Shown here one piece after another: positions 1 to 13,017 of a stretch of 64,000 bases of DNA. Below the pieces are notes generated by a model. That model ran no database searches and was not told where the DNA came from. It saw nothing but the letters and a program-made list of their open reading frames with translations. Numbering within the stretch: position 1 is the first letter of the stretch; each line of letters opens with the position of its first letter. A program made the translations under genes and the position numbers. The DNA is from Epithemia pelagica. Taxonomy: Eukaryota > Protista > Bacillariophyta. The stretch lies in contig OX337237.1 in the NCBI GenBank assembly GCA_946965045.2, forward strand, positions 3,348,001-3,412,000, in the 5' to 3' direction.

Positions 1-792
1 TTTGGGAAAAATGGATCCAAAGCCGGCATTGTACGTGGCCTTCCAAAAGGCAATTTCCAATCGGGCCACATGGTCCTCTGTGTAGATAGTAGAGATACGT
101 AAGATGGTGGGGAGCGAGGTTAAACACAAAAACACAATAGAGATACAGAGGGAAAGCACAACAACAAAATGTGAGACCAGGCACACGCCGAGAAGAACCA
201 CAGATTGCAGAGACAAGGAATCCTTGTGTAGAACGACAAGATGTCGTGTCCCTACAAACACAGGACACGCAAGTCATGGATCACAAGCGGTTCCAGATGT
301 TGTTTTTGTTGTGCCAGGGTGACACTTGGTACACGTACCGGAACATTGACACTGCGTGCGACAATAGGATCGAATCCAGGCTTCTTGATCGGCGGGTTGG
401 TCAAAGACGTGTTGTCGACCGTACAATTGGAGTCGTTGATCGTCCTGGGTCAACCAGGGTAGTAACAAGGTGACGCGGTGATACGACGGTTTGTTGGCGT
501 TGTGGTTATCATTGTCACAACCAATGGGTGTCTGACAGAGGGCCAAGGCGCGCAAGAGTGGATTAATGGCCGTGCCCGTCCGCCAGGGCAAGGCGGCTGT
601 GGGAACAATCCAAATATCGCGAGGACGACTCGACAAATCCGAGTTCCAAGTCGTTGTGGACGGTCGTAATGGCGGTGAGGAAAAAGATGAGGGAGTGGTG
701 GTGGTGGTAGCAGCCGCCGCTGGTTCGTCCTCGTTCTTGTTGTGGTTGCACGGTTCTTCTTGGTTGTCGCGACGGTCCTGGTCCGTGTCCAT
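1..792 (-). CDS. DGD: Digalactosyldiacylglycerol synthase (GT4 family), 5' part; runs off the left edge. Exons ~792-349 and 77-<1, intron 78-348
   Basis: IWIVPTAALPWRTGTAINPLLRAL and VTLLLPWL...DQEAWIRSY match the plant DGD1/2 motifs (TTASLPWMTGTAVNPL, VTLLVPWL). GTACGT donor at 348 and CAG acceptor at 78-80 join in frame to EDHVARLEIAFWKATYNAGFGSIFP. Start codon uncertain. Confidence 0.8.
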
Positions 793-2204
793 TGTTGTGT
801 CACTTGGTTCCTCTCGCACGCCAATCCTCCTTCACCCACTCAAGACGACGAAATGGGATTGTGTTGAGATTCCTTGCTTGATTCTCTAGCTACCTCTAGG
901 ATTCGTCTTGAACACAGCGTTGTTGTCTTGTTGTTGTTGTGTTGTGGTGGTGGTGGTTGCATTCGACCGTTGGGCTGCGAGGCGCGCGCGTTACGAGCAA
1001 CTTTTTGGGCGACCTATACGCGACCCCGTCTCAGAACAGTCGCGCGGCGGGGTCCCAAATCACAAATCACGGACACCATGGCGTGCCGTTTGGACTTGGA
1101 CATTGTGGAATGGAAGGGACCCGAGACGAACCAATGAGACTCTAAAATAGTCGTAGTGTGACACTGCGTACGACTACAACCATGGGCACGGACGACGAAC
1201 AAGGTCTCCCACCATTGGAATGACACCTACGAACGAGGACCACAAAAGACAAAAGAATGGCGTCTGTTGTAGGAATTGCTCTTGTTGTTGCTGCTGGAAA
1301 AGAGATGTGTGTAATTTCTGGAGTCGGTTGAGAACGATCCGTGCGGTAGACCAGTACCAAGGTGTGTGTTTGTTGGTCAGTGGCAGTGATTGGACCATAC
1401 GACGACGACGACGACACGTGTCGAATGCCCATTGGCAACCTACTCGTATGTAGTCGACGAAGGAACCATTTGTCTCTACCTAGGTAGGTACACACGAGCG
1501 ATGTAGGAGACCAGCATCCTCTCCACCACCCACGAAATGAGAGAACGACGACAAGAACCAGGGTCATTCTTCACTTGGTCGGTCGGTGGGAGCATGGAAT
1601 CTGTTTGGGCAGTTGCCAAAGCAGCGCTCTCGCCACTTTGTCGGTTCTGAACTGTTGTATGTGTTGACGTATTTGGAGGAACGTGTATTCCGGGGATCAT
1701 CTCCTTGGTCGTTTTGCTCTTGGTCGTTGAGAATTCGGAATTCTGCTGGCGAGGTTCATCGTCCTTATTGTATTCTGGTTTCTCGGTGTTGTGGCGCGTT
1801 CGATTGCAATGGTCGTATGTGGTGTAATGGCTTACGTGTTGTGTGTTGCGGCACGTCCGTTGCGGGATGGACGGACTCGTGTCCGTGTCGGTGAAGTTGG
1901 GACGGCTGCACCTGCACTACAGAACGTCATCCGGGACTGATGAGGAGATCGATCGAATCGGATCGAATGGGATCGAAGGATATCGAATCCATGCTTGGAT
2001 GTGGGTGGATGTGATCCGCGTTGTGGCACACGTGTCGGCAGATGGGTGGGTGTCATGAAACGTCATCCTGCTCCAGTCGTCGTCCGTCGTGGGGGAAGTT
2101 GGAGGAGAGTGGTCGTAGAAACCACGCAGACAGCCATACGAGCCGCCCACTTTCCACAGTGGACGAAGCACAACTCACCCGAACCAAAAGACTCCAAAAC
2201 AACC

Positions 2205-3873
2205 ATGGCAAGCATGCAACACGAACACCACCAAGGAAGAAGATACCCATCACAATCACAAGGAGTGTGGTGCATTCTTCTTGTCCTTGTATCGCTCTCC
2301 TGTTCGACCCACGCTTTGATAGTGCCTTCCCAACAACAATCACAGTTTCGCGGATCGCTGCCGAATGACCGCCATGCAAGTGCAACTGGACACTGCTCTA
2401 CACGACTGCCAATGGCGGGACGCCGTCGTCGTCGTCCTTCCGTGGCATTGGGAGTGTCGTCCTTGAAAGAGGGCGTGGAGAAATGGAATCAAATCTGGAC
2501 GACGACCACCACCAAACCAGACAATGCTGTAGTAGTCAGCAAGGAGGAGGACGATCGGTTCTTTCCCTTTGAATCCAATCCAGTGGTATCGATTCAGTCA
2601 TCCTCCTCCAAAGTCCCACAACAAGACGAAGCAGCATCACAAGTACAATTGTCCTCCGAGGTGTGGGGCTATGTCGCGCTGGGCATGGTTCCCATTTTGT
2701 GGGGCACGTACGGTCCGATTGTCCGCGCCATGTACGAACTGGAAATTCCCGTGCCGGGCTTTGTCTTTTCCTCCTGCTACTTTACCGTGGCGGCCCTCAC
2801 CACGGTCGCCTTGGCCGTGAGCCAAGCAGCATCGACCGAGGACTCCTCCTCCAAGTCATCGTCGACATCTATTTTGCACGAGTTGCAACAACTCTTTACC
2901 GACCGTCCCACCGTGTTGGGTGGCATGGAACTGGGCGTCTATGTCTTGTTGGCCAATTGTTTTCATGTTGTGGGCCTCGAGACGGTCTCGTCCGATAAGG
3001 CGGGCTTTTTGTTGCAGAGTACGTGTGTGCCAACGGCATTTGGAGTTTTGTGGATCACCAGCAATCACTTACAGTCTTTTTGGGTGTTCTTTCGTTTTCT
3101 CAGTGACAACCGTGTTGGTTCCCTTGGTCTCGGCCTTGATGGCTCGTAACCTGGCCGCCGTGGACGGCCGCACCTGGTTGGCCTGTGGCGTGGCCTTTTG
3201 GGGCATTGCTGTCATGAATGTGGACCCGACTCAAGACTCCTTGGGGTCCCTCCTGTCGAGTGTGTCGGGTGGCGAAGGCTTGGTGATTGGTGCGGCCCTC
3301 TTGTATTCCCTCAATGTCATTCGCATTAGTGACTATGCCGGCCAGACGGATCCTCTGCGACTCACGGCGGTCAAGGCGACGGTGGAAGCCCTCTTGAGTT
3401 GGTCCATTGTCGCCGTTAGTGTTGGTTTGGCCAGTGGCGGCGACGATTCCTTTGTGGCGTCGCTCGAACCACGACCCGATGGCAGTTGGATCGAATGGAG
3501 TCAAACGACGGGCCAAGGCATTCTCGATTTTGGGCGGGCCCTTTCGACGCGCGCCGCCGAAGGAACGCTGTCGTGGGAATTTGGAGCCAAGCTCGGTGGG
3601 GCCGTGACATGGGCCGGTCTCATGTGTACCGCCTTGGTGGTCGCGTTGCAATCCTATGGCCAACGCTGGGTGAAACCCAGCGATGCCAATTTGCTCTATT
3701 CCTTGCAACCCATTTGTACGGCGTCGTTTGCCAGTTGGCTCCTCGGCGAACAACTCGATACCAAAGGCTTGGTCGGCGGCGGTATCATCCTGGCCGCTGT
3801 CCTGTTGGTGGCCTCGAAACACGTGGGGGATGACGATACCAACAATGATGTGGATTCCAAGAAATCGTCGTAA
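2205..3873 (+). CDS. EamA / drug-metabolite transporter (DMT) family membrane protein with N-terminal targeting region; intron 3019-3103
   Basis: Two EamA-like halves (LWGTYGP...GGMELG...AGFLLQ and LQSYGQRWVKPSDANLLYSLQPICTASFASWLLGE..L...GG.IILAAVLL). GTACGT/CAG intron joins ORFs 1995..3149 and 2920..3873 in frame (LLQ-M-TTVLVP). Hydrophobic signal CILLVLVSLSCSTHA-LIVP. Confidence 0.8.
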
Positions 3874-4628
3874 TTCTGCAACCAGGGTCGCGCCCCATGG
3901 GGACCCAGTCTCTTTCTGGGATGGTCCACCCGTAATGTCCCAATGGGGCCGTTTCGTTCGGCGTTGGGGGGCATTCCCCGCTCGGCATCCCCAAGTGGAT
4001 ACCTGCTGCAATGGCACTGCCACACAGGGGTCGCACGGATTCGTCCACGTACGCGCACAGGCACACAAGTGGACCATCGATTGGTGCTTTGAGTGTTCTC
4101 TCGTAGTAGATAGTCGTGAACTCTATTGCTTGGTTTCTAGTTACTACAACTACCTACTCTGGTGTGACGTATCTATCTCGACTAGTCTAGGATGAGTGTG
4201 ACCGGGGGAGTTTCTCTCTCTCTATCTCTCTCTCTGAGTTCCTCCACGCAGAGCGTTGCGTAGCAATCGTTTCGGGACGGCGATCCGTTCGTCGAGACAG
4301 CGGTTCCAACCGAGTTGCCACGCACAGAGGAGCAGTGGCCATTTGTTCATGGGAGGCGGACTGTGTGTGTGCGCGCGCATGTTCCAGAGGCCTGCTTCCG
4401 CAGTGGATCATCTACGGTACCTTGAATGGTGGTCGTTCTCGCTGTCATTCTCCTCTCACGGAGTAGGTAGATCGTCTCCATCGTCTCATCATCATCATCA
4501 TTCTTGGGCCACGATTGCCTGCGTTTTCTAGGGCTCTGTTGGTTTGAGGTTCGCCGCACGCGACTAGGTAGTTTAGTCATTCGGGTTACAGTTTTCTCTG
4601 TCTATCTATCTGTCTGTCCTTGTCCTTG

Positions 4629-5411
4629 TGTTAGAATTCTCACCGTCTATGGTGGTTAGATTCTACATCTCATCGATTCCCCATGTCACATAGCCTCGTG
4701 CTATCACATCATGCCCTCTAGCTTCGAGCTATGTTTCCTAGCTTCGCGCTATATCGACCTATATTTCTTCGCAAATCATGAAAAGTGAGAATAGATTGAC
4801 GAACTCACTCTCAAGACTAAACTGGGTCGTGCGGTATTACAACGGACGTAAATTTGGCCGTTGCTCGGACATTATACTAACGCCCTAAGCGTACGCGCTC
4901 GAAATCATCGAGCGCGCCCAAGCGACATCCGAGCGCTATCGGCATCTATCCGACCCAACGGTCTAAGTATCCCAAGCACGACACACGATCACGCGAGACC
5001 ATATTTCCATTCCCACAATCTCCAAATTGTCAACAAGCTGCGCGCCATGAAAACAACTATGCCAACCCAAAGCAAGAGCTGTTGACCCTGTATATGTTAT
5101 CCGCCCACATATACATGTCATATACATCACATGAATCAACTCCAACTATTCCAAACCTGTTGCCGCCAAGAACCTATGACACATGACCCTTGGCAGGACC
5201 GAACATTTCACGTAGACCTATCGTAGTAATCAACACACAATCTAACAATATCACCATTTATCACATCCTCTTTTGTGTCCCGACTATCCTTCTGATAGAC
5301 TTCGACTTGCTTGCTTCTCTGACCCTGAGAAGCTTGTATCGGTTGGTGACCTACCTGATTGTCTGCTCTACCGAGCATCAATGTCCCTAGGATTCAGAAA
5401 GAATTGTAACA
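4629..5411 (+). repeat. 5' LTR
   Basis: Direct repeat of 12235-13017. Only two substitutions noticed by eye (4745 C/12351 T; 5390 G/12996 C). Confidence 0.97.
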
Positions 5412-5425
5412 GATTAACAGTCTCA
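5412..5425 (+). promoter_or_regulatory. Putative primer binding site complementary to a tRNA-Asn(GTT) anticodon arm
   Basis: GATTAACAGTCTCA directly follows the LTR. Its reverse complement TGAGACTGTTAATC reads as anticodon stem plus CTGTTAA loop. No TGGTATCAGAGC-type iMet PBS is present. Confidence 0.6.
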
Positions 5426-5447
5426 AAGCTTATTTCCTTGTGGTTTC

Positions 5448-6227
5448 ATGGATACTAACGAGATTATCACTCCTGTACGACAGATCTATCGAGCCAACCT
5501 GCATCCCGGGCAGCCCGATACCCTGGTGCAGCAGGAACTGGTGCCGACGCCGAAGGCAGCCAACACATCGGTCAACATCTCCGTCGACAGTTCCAACAGC
5601 AACCCATTCGAGACTCCAACCCAGCCTCACGCTCCAATCCCTGCGCCGTTGCTTCGGCCCCCGAGTCCGCCTCGTCGGCTCGTCCCTTCTCGATCCCGTC
5701 GTACCACCCGGTTGATTGCTGATCATATCAAGTACTTCCGCCAACCAACTTGTTCGACCTTCGATCCCGAGATCATCCGTGGGGAGACCCAGATCGAACG
5801 CCAGTTCCAATCGGTGACCCACATCGTCGACCAAGAAGACATTGACCGTCTGAACGACCAACTTCACCGTTCTCCGAGGCGTCGCCTCATCTTTGCCGCC
5901 CTCTCGGGCAACCCCATCCGTACTGTCCACCTCCGCTTCCTAACCTTCGAGCGCCCAACTGGATACTACAATACCATCCACGTCGTGAACGCGACGACTT
6001 GCCCTCTGCCTCCTAACGTTGTACGCCTAGATAACTACGTTGCCTACATCCACGAGGTCCATACCATCGAGGACCATCGTGCAACTATCTACCCTTTGCG
6101 TACCGAGGTCGAGAACCACCTGGCTGAAGGTGATACCCCTTCTTCTGTTGCTTGTGCTGCCCCATCTGAGCCTGGAAGCGACTCTGATCATTCGGAAGAG
6201 GGTGAGGACTCGGAGACCGAAGCTTAA
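5448..6227 (+). CDS. Extra 259-aa ORF of unknown function inside the retrotransposon, upstream of gag
   Basis: Uninterrupted ORF between PBS and gag; Pro/Arg-rich N-half, acidic C-tail; no recognisable domain. Confidence 0.65.
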   Translation: MDTNEIITPVRQIYRANLHPGQPDTLVQQELVPTPKAANTSVNISVDSSNSNPFETPTQPHAPIPAPLLRPPSPPRRLVPSRSRRTTRLIADHIKYFRQPTCSTFDPEIIRGETQIERQFQSVTHIVDQEDIDRLNDQLHRSPRRRLIFAALSGNPIRTVHLRFLTFERPTGYYNTIHVVNATTCPLPPNVVRLDNYVAYIHEVHTIEDHRATIYPLRTEVENHLAEGDTPSSVACAAPSEPGSDSDHSEEGEDSETEA

Positions 6228-6289
6228 TTACTCATAGTTAACTCCCGTCCTCTCAAAACCTTTCCAAGACTTAAACTCAACGCACATCC

Positions 6290-6480
6290 GGGTACCCTTG
6301 GTCGCACAACACGCCACACATTCCCGTCAAATCGCGAAAATTCGGCGAAAATTTGTTGAAACTCGGCGAAAATTTGTCGAAATCAACGGAAATTTCCAGG
6401 AGTCGCACATCACAACACACATCCGGGTATCACATACGTGGTACATACGTGGCACACGTGGTACATCCGGGTTCACATCA
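6290..6480 (+). repeat. Short tandem repeats in the ORF0-gag spacer
   Basis: CGGCGAAAATTTGT twice (~6342-6380), ACGTGG/ACATACGTGG iterations, and CACATCCGGGT three times. Confidence 0.6.
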
Positions 6481-6547
6481 CATCACACATTAAATAAACC
6501 ACATCACACCGCACATTAAATAAACATCGAACCAACCAAATAACACC

Positions 6548-9500
6548 ATGGATCCTCAATCACCCAAGACACCTACAACTCCTAAGGGAGAAGATAACCA
6601 AGACAATGTCTCGGACACAGACCTATTCGACCACATCATATTTACTGTCTGCCAATTCTTCACCAAAGAAAGGGCCGACTACTTAATGAAGTGGATGAAA
6701 TACCATGGTTTTGAGAACATTACCCATGTTATCTCGTATATGCAAACTAATACCGAGGAATCCATGAAGGAACTGACACAATACAAGGTCAACAAACAGA
6801 CACATGATCTACAAGGCCCCACAAGACAGCAGATCAAGCTCTTGGCTTATTGGGCCACATACAAGACCAATGAAATTCAAGACGAGCTATCCAATAGCGA
6901 CTGGATGAACCTAACGAGGAAAGAGTTCAACACTTGGAGGATCAACACAGATTTCTCTAAGGGACCACCTAGCCAAGTCCCAGTCTCGCCAATGAAGTCA
7001 CCGTCATCTGTGAAATCTGTCAGCACAGTTACTGCCGCATCCCAATCTCAACAAGACCTTACAGCATTCAGAAAGGGAACTAAGCGCGACGCAACTGCAT
7101 ATGAGGTATTCAAGGATGAACGATACTACGATTCATTCTGGCGTGTATTCAAGACTACAGCTAAGGCTCAAGGCCTATCCAACGTTCTGAATTTCAAATA
7201 CACACCACCCCATGATGATGAGTATGCCGAAGAACTTTTTCAAGAGCAACAAGTATTTCTTTACTCCGTTCTTGTCCGTATCATTCAGACTGACCAAGGT
7301 CGAGCCTATGTACGTGAACATGAACATGATGAAGATGCGCGTGCCGTATTGCAGAAGTTACACTCTTTGCATACCGAATCCGACCTAGCAAAGCGAGAAG
7401 TCCTCCGCTTAACCAACTACATTTCCAATCTACGCCTTGACGACGCATGGCGCGGAACAACACGTCAATTTCTTCTACACTTTCAAGAGCAGCTACGTTT
7501 GCTAGACAATTTAGTGACATTGTCTGATCGCATCCCTGATCATACCAGGATGACCTTCCTCATGCAAGCTGTAGAAAAGGTACCTGATCTCCGCCGAGTC
7601 AAGATCTTGGATAATGTGGTGAACACCAAATCCGGTGCAAAATCCCTTTGCTATCAATCATACTTCCGTCTCCTTCTAGACGCAGCTTATGACCATGATC
7701 AAGCAACCCAGTCATCTGTTCATAGTCGCCGTCGACATGTCAAACAACATGAATCACTATATGGCCAAGATACAGATGCTGACATAACCTCACAAGATGA
7801 TATGGAGTATCATGTCCACAACACCAAAGCGACATCTGAATCTCCATCCTCTTCGTCCAAGGTTAGTCTACCGCGTGACCTATGGTTCAAACTTTCTGAA
7901 GAAGATCGCAAGTTGATCATTGAGTATAACAAGATGATTCAAGCACCTTCATCAACAACACCGAGGACAGTGCAAACACATGCCCTCGACATTGATCCGG
8001 AACCTGATCCTGACCCCAACCAAGTTGCATCTGATGACGACTCACCTGGCATAGTCCCTGAGCATTCAGATGATTCAGATCCGGTTACACAATTTATCAA
8101 CCAAGCCATGACGACTGATATCAATCACCCGGCAACTGACCTGACTAGTGTTCTTTCTAACGCCAAGTCCAAGACGAGCAAGAAGGTTACTTTCAAAGCC
8201 AACATGCATAAACAAGCAGGACATGTTCCACGCTATCTGTTTTCCAGGAAATTTACTTTACCAGGGAATCAATTGATTGACCGTGGTGCTAATGGAGGAC
8301 TTGCTGGTTCTGACATGCGCATCCTTTCTAAGACTGGCCGCCATATCACTATTGTGGGTATTGATAACCATGAACTTACTGGACTTCCTGTCGTCACATG
8401 TGCCGCAAAGTTTGAGACCAATGACGGACCTATTGTCGGCATCTTCAATGAATATGCTTATTATGGAAAGGGCTTATCTATCCATGCTCCTGGTCAATTC
8501 GAGCATTTCGGACTTGCTGTTGATGAACGATCTGTTAAAGTTGATGGTAAACAACGCATCACTACACTTGATGGTCGTGCCATACCCCTTCACATCAAGG
8601 ATGGGTTAGCCTATATCCACTCCTTGGGTATCCCCAGCGACGATGACATGGATACCTTACCTCAGATCATCTTCACGTCACCCGACACATGGGATCCTGG
8701 TGTTCTGGACCATTCGTATTCTCCCACACCCTCTGACAATGATCCTGATTGGAAACACGTCAAGACTGATGGTAGTATGTCGAACCATCCATATGACAAC
8801 TATGGGGAGTACACTGATCGTGTTGTTTGTAACCTCAATCTCCTTTTGGATCTCCCATACGATCATGGACCCGACGACGCACCTTTCTTTTCTATCTATG
8901 CTGACGCAGAAGGTAATGATCCTACACTTCATGCCTCTGTCCACCGTCGTTACCAGGAAGCGTATGACTGGAAGAAGTTCCGTCCATTCTTTGGTTGGCA
9001 ATCTGAAGATGTTATTGCCGATACGTTCAAGCACACTACACGTAATGGTAGCATTACTTTTGACCACGACACCCTCAAGAAACATTTCAAGGCTCGCAAT
9101 CCGGTCCTTAATATACCTCGACGCCATGAACCCGTTGCTACTGACTCGGTTTTCTCCGACACCCCTGCTGTTGACCATGGCGGTAAAGTCGCACAAATCT
9201 TTGTTGGTCGAGATACTCTGGTTACTGATATCTATGGGATCAAGTCAACCAAACAGTTTGTCAATACTCTTCAGGACAACATCCGGTTTCGTGGTGCCAT
9301 GGAGACTCTTATCAGTGATGGTGGTTCATCTCTCATCTCTCAAAAGGTTAAAGACATTCTTCGCACTTTGCTTATTGGGGAGTATCGATCCGAACCTTAT
9401 CATCAACACCAGAATAAGGCTGAAAACCGTTACCAGACCGTTAAACGTATGACCAACGCTCTCATGAATGCCACTGGTTGCCCTGCCAACACCTGGCTTC

Positions 9501-12240
9501 TTTGCCTTGAGTATGTCTGTGACTTATTGAACCATACGTCATCACCCACCCACTCCGGTCGCACTCCTCTTGAGGCTCTCTCCGGACGCCCACCCGACAT
9601 TACTCATCTCTTGTTCTTTCCTTTCTGGGATGAGGTTTACTACCGTGTCAACCCCGCTGAACCCTATTCTGGTTCATATCCATCTTCTTCTGATGAGAAA
9701 CTTGGCCACTGGGTTGGTTTTGCTCACAACGTTGGTGATTCTTTTACTTGGAAGATTCTCACCCAAGATAACCAGATAATCTACCGTTTCTGCCGTTCGC
9801 CGTGTTGAATCCACTACACCTAACCTACGTGTGGATCGACCTTCAGGGGAGGATTTGTCTGAGAAGGATGACAATGATAAGCAAGCTGACACTGTCTTCA
9901 TTCGCAGTGATAGTGAAGATCCATCCAAACCAATGCCCACCACGATCGATTTTGACGACATGATAGGACGCACATTCCTATGCGACACAGAAGAAAATGG
10001 GGAGCGACATCGTGCACGTGTCATCAAACGAGTCATTGATCTTAATGAAGAAGCAACGAAACAGGAAGAACGTGTCAAATACATCTACCGAAAGACAAAT
10101 TCTGATGTTGATGAGATGATATCCTATAATCAACTCATGGAGTATATCGAACGAGATAACCAAGCTCAAACCTCTGGAGATAATCTTTTCAGGTTCAGGG
10201 ATGTCATTGCCCATCAAGGCCCACTGAACACAACTGATCCAGATTACAAGGGGAGCAAATATAATTTACTTGTTGATTGGGAAACTGGGGAGACTACCTA
10301 TGAACCTTTATCACTCATCGCCAATGATGATCCGATCACTGTAGCAATTTATGGAAAGAAACATGGTTTACTCAACGAACCTGGATGGAAGCATTTGAAA
10401 CGTTATGTCAAAACAAGCAAACGTCTCATTCGAGCAGCCAAACAGTCAAGGATTAAACAAGTTCATCATTCCGTCAAGTATAAGTTTGGATTCCAAGTAC
10501 CACGCAATTATGAGGAAGCTGTCGCTCTTGATAAACAACATGGCAACACAAAGTGGCAGGATGCAACAGAATTAGAATTGTCACAGATCCAGTCCTACAA
10601 GACATTCAAGGATTTTGGGAAAGCCATCTTCATTAAAGGGAAAGTATCCAATGCACCTGAAGGATATCATAAGATACGTGTACATCTTGTCTTTGACGTA
10701 AAACATGATGGACGACATAAAGCAAGACTTGTCGCAGATGGACATCTCACGAAAGAACCTGTTGAGACAATCTATTCAGGTGTTGTTTCCATTCGCAACC
10801 TCCGCATTGCCTTATTCCTGGGGTACTTTGAATGACTTGGAAATATGGGGAGCAGATATTGGAAATGCATATCTGGAAGCCTTGACAGGGGAGAAAATTT
10901 TCATTGTCGCAGGACCTGAATTCAAGGAATTAGAAGGTCACATCCTGATTATATACAAGGCACTTTATGGATTGAAGTCATCAGGCGCACGCTGGCATGA
11001 TGTCTTATTCGATGTTTTGACAGACATGGGATTTTCACCAAGCAAAGCAGATCCGGATATCTGGATGAGGAAAGCACCTGGAGAAGACTGTTACGAATAC
11101 ATTGCTGTATACGTTGATGACTTAGCCATTATTTCTACTGATCCTGGGAATATCTGCAAGATCCTGAAGGAGAAATACAACTTCAAACTCAAAGGAGATG
11201 GACCTATTGATTTCCATTTGGGATGTTGTTACACCAAGGATTCTGATGGAACATTAGTAGCAGATCCAAGACGCTACATTGGTAAGATGATGGACACTTT
11301 CGAACGAATCTTCAAGGAGAAACCCAAGAAAGCCAAAACACCTCTTATTGGTGGAGACCACCCTGAATTGGATGATTCTGAGTTCCTTGATGAAGAAGGT
11401 ACTAGCCATTTCCAAACTCTGATTGGACAACTCCAATGGGTGATCACTATTGGTCGTTTCGACGTCTTCACCGCTACAATGACGCTATCACGCTTTCGCG
11501 CTGCTCCGAGGAAAGGACATCTTGATAGAGCCAAGCGTATCTATGGATACCTTGCACATCTCCCAGAAGGCGCAATCAGATTTAGGATTGGAGAGCCTGA
11601 TTATTCAAGTCTTCCTACCCAAGAATTTGATTGGACTCGCACTGTCTATTCGAATGCAAGTGAACGTATTCCTGAAGACTGCCCAACACCTCTTGGCCGC
11701 TATGTTACCACAACTCATTATGTTGATGCCAATCTCATGCATGACATAGTCACTGGTAAATCCGTCACTGCTGTTCTACATTTGTTCAACGGAACACCTA
11801 TTGACTGGTACAGCAAGAGACAGAGCACGGTGGAAACTGCTACCTATGGATCCGAGTTTGTGGCTGCAAGGACAGCAATAGATCAGATTACAGAATTACG
11901 ACATTCTCTCCGCTACCTTGGAGTACCTATCCGAGAGCGAAGTTACATGTACGGAGATAACAGATCCGTTGTGCTCAATGCAACCGTTCCTCATTCCATA
12001 CTATCCAAGAGACACCATCTTCTGTCATACCACCGAGTTCCTGAAGCCATCGCAGCAAAGTATGTTGCATTCTACTGGAAAGATGGAAAGACCAACCCTG
12101 CCGATATCCTTAGCAAACATTGGGATTTCGTATCTATTTGGCCCATGCTCAAGCCATTGTTGTTTTGGAAAGGAGAAGTTCAAGATCTCAACAAATCCAA
12201 TGATGACAAGGCTGAAACGACGAGTTGTGGGGAGTGTTAG
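6548..12240 (+). pseudogene. gag-pol polyprotein (Gag, aspartic protease, integrase, RT, RNase H) broken by two +1 frameshifts at ~9788 and ~10822
   Basis: Gag FRKGTKRDATAYEVFKDERYY; protease LIDRGANGG; integrase D(ATDSVF)-D(ISDGG)-E(NKAENRY); RT ADIGNAYL, LYGLKSSG, YVDDL; RNase H YVDAN, WYSKRQ, SEFVAA, GDN, NPADILSK. Removing one T from CGTTTCT and one G from CTGGGGT restores a single frame. Confidence 0.93.
12229..12234 (+). promoter_or_regulatory. Polypurine tract
   Basis: GGGGAG immediately 5' of the 3' LTR TG. Confidence 0.7.
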
Positions 12241-13017
12241 AATTCTCACCGTCTATGGTGGTTAGATTCTACATCTCATCGATTCCCCATGTCACATAGC
12301 CTCGTGCTATCACATCATGCCCTCTAGCTTCGAGCTATGTTTCCTAGCTTTGCGCTATATCGACCTATATTTCTTCGCAAATCATGAAAAGTGAGAATAG
12401 ATTGACGAACTCACTCTCAAGACTAAACTGGGTCGTGCGGTATTACAACGGACGTAAATTTGGCCGTTGCTCGGACATTATACTAACGCCCTAAGCGTAC
12501 GCGCTCGAAATCATCGAGCGCGCCCAAGCGACATCCGAGCGCTATCGGCATCTATCCGACCCAACGGTCTAAGTATCCCAAGCACGACACACGATCACGC
12601 GAGACCATATTTCCATTCCCACAATCTCCAAATTGTCAACAAGCTGCGCGCCATGAAAACAACTATGCCAACCCAAAGCAAGAGCTGTTGACCCTGTATA
12701 TGTTATCCGCCCACATATACATGTCATATACATCACATGAATCAACTCCAACTATTCCAAACCTGTTGCCGCCAAGAACCTATGACACATGACCCTTGGC
12801 AGGACCGAACATTTCACGTAGACCTATCGTAGTAATCAACACACAATCTAACAATATCACCATTTATCACATCCTCTTTTGTGTCCCGACTATCCTTCTG
12901 ATAGACTTCGACTTGCTTGCTTCTCTGACCCTGAGAAGCTTGTATCGGTTGGTGACCTACCTGATTGTCTGCTCTACCGAGCATCAATGTCCCTACGATT
13001 CAGAAAGAATTGTAACA
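12235..13017 (+). repeat. 3' LTR
   Basis: Direct repeat of 4629-5411, followed by TSD CCTTG. The pol stop codon lies within its first bases. Confidence 0.97.

Larger units (their letters stand above)
4629..13017 (+). mobile_element. Full-length Ty1/copia LTR retrotransposon of the diatom CoDi type
   Basis: Two 783-bp LTRs starting TGTTAG and ending TAACA, 5-bp TSD CCTTG (4624-4628, 13018-13022), domain order gag-PR-IN-RT-RH, PPT before the 3' LTR. Confidence 0.97.

Noticed and set aside
4861-5390. Small ORFs inside the LTRs
   Set aside because: They are short, start at non-ATG codons and recur only because the LTR is duplicated.
9780-10830. Programmed ribosomal frameshifting in pol
   Set aside because: The shifts fall after the integrase core and inside RT rather than at the gag-pol junction, lack a recognisable slippery site, and are simple homopolymer +1 insertions.
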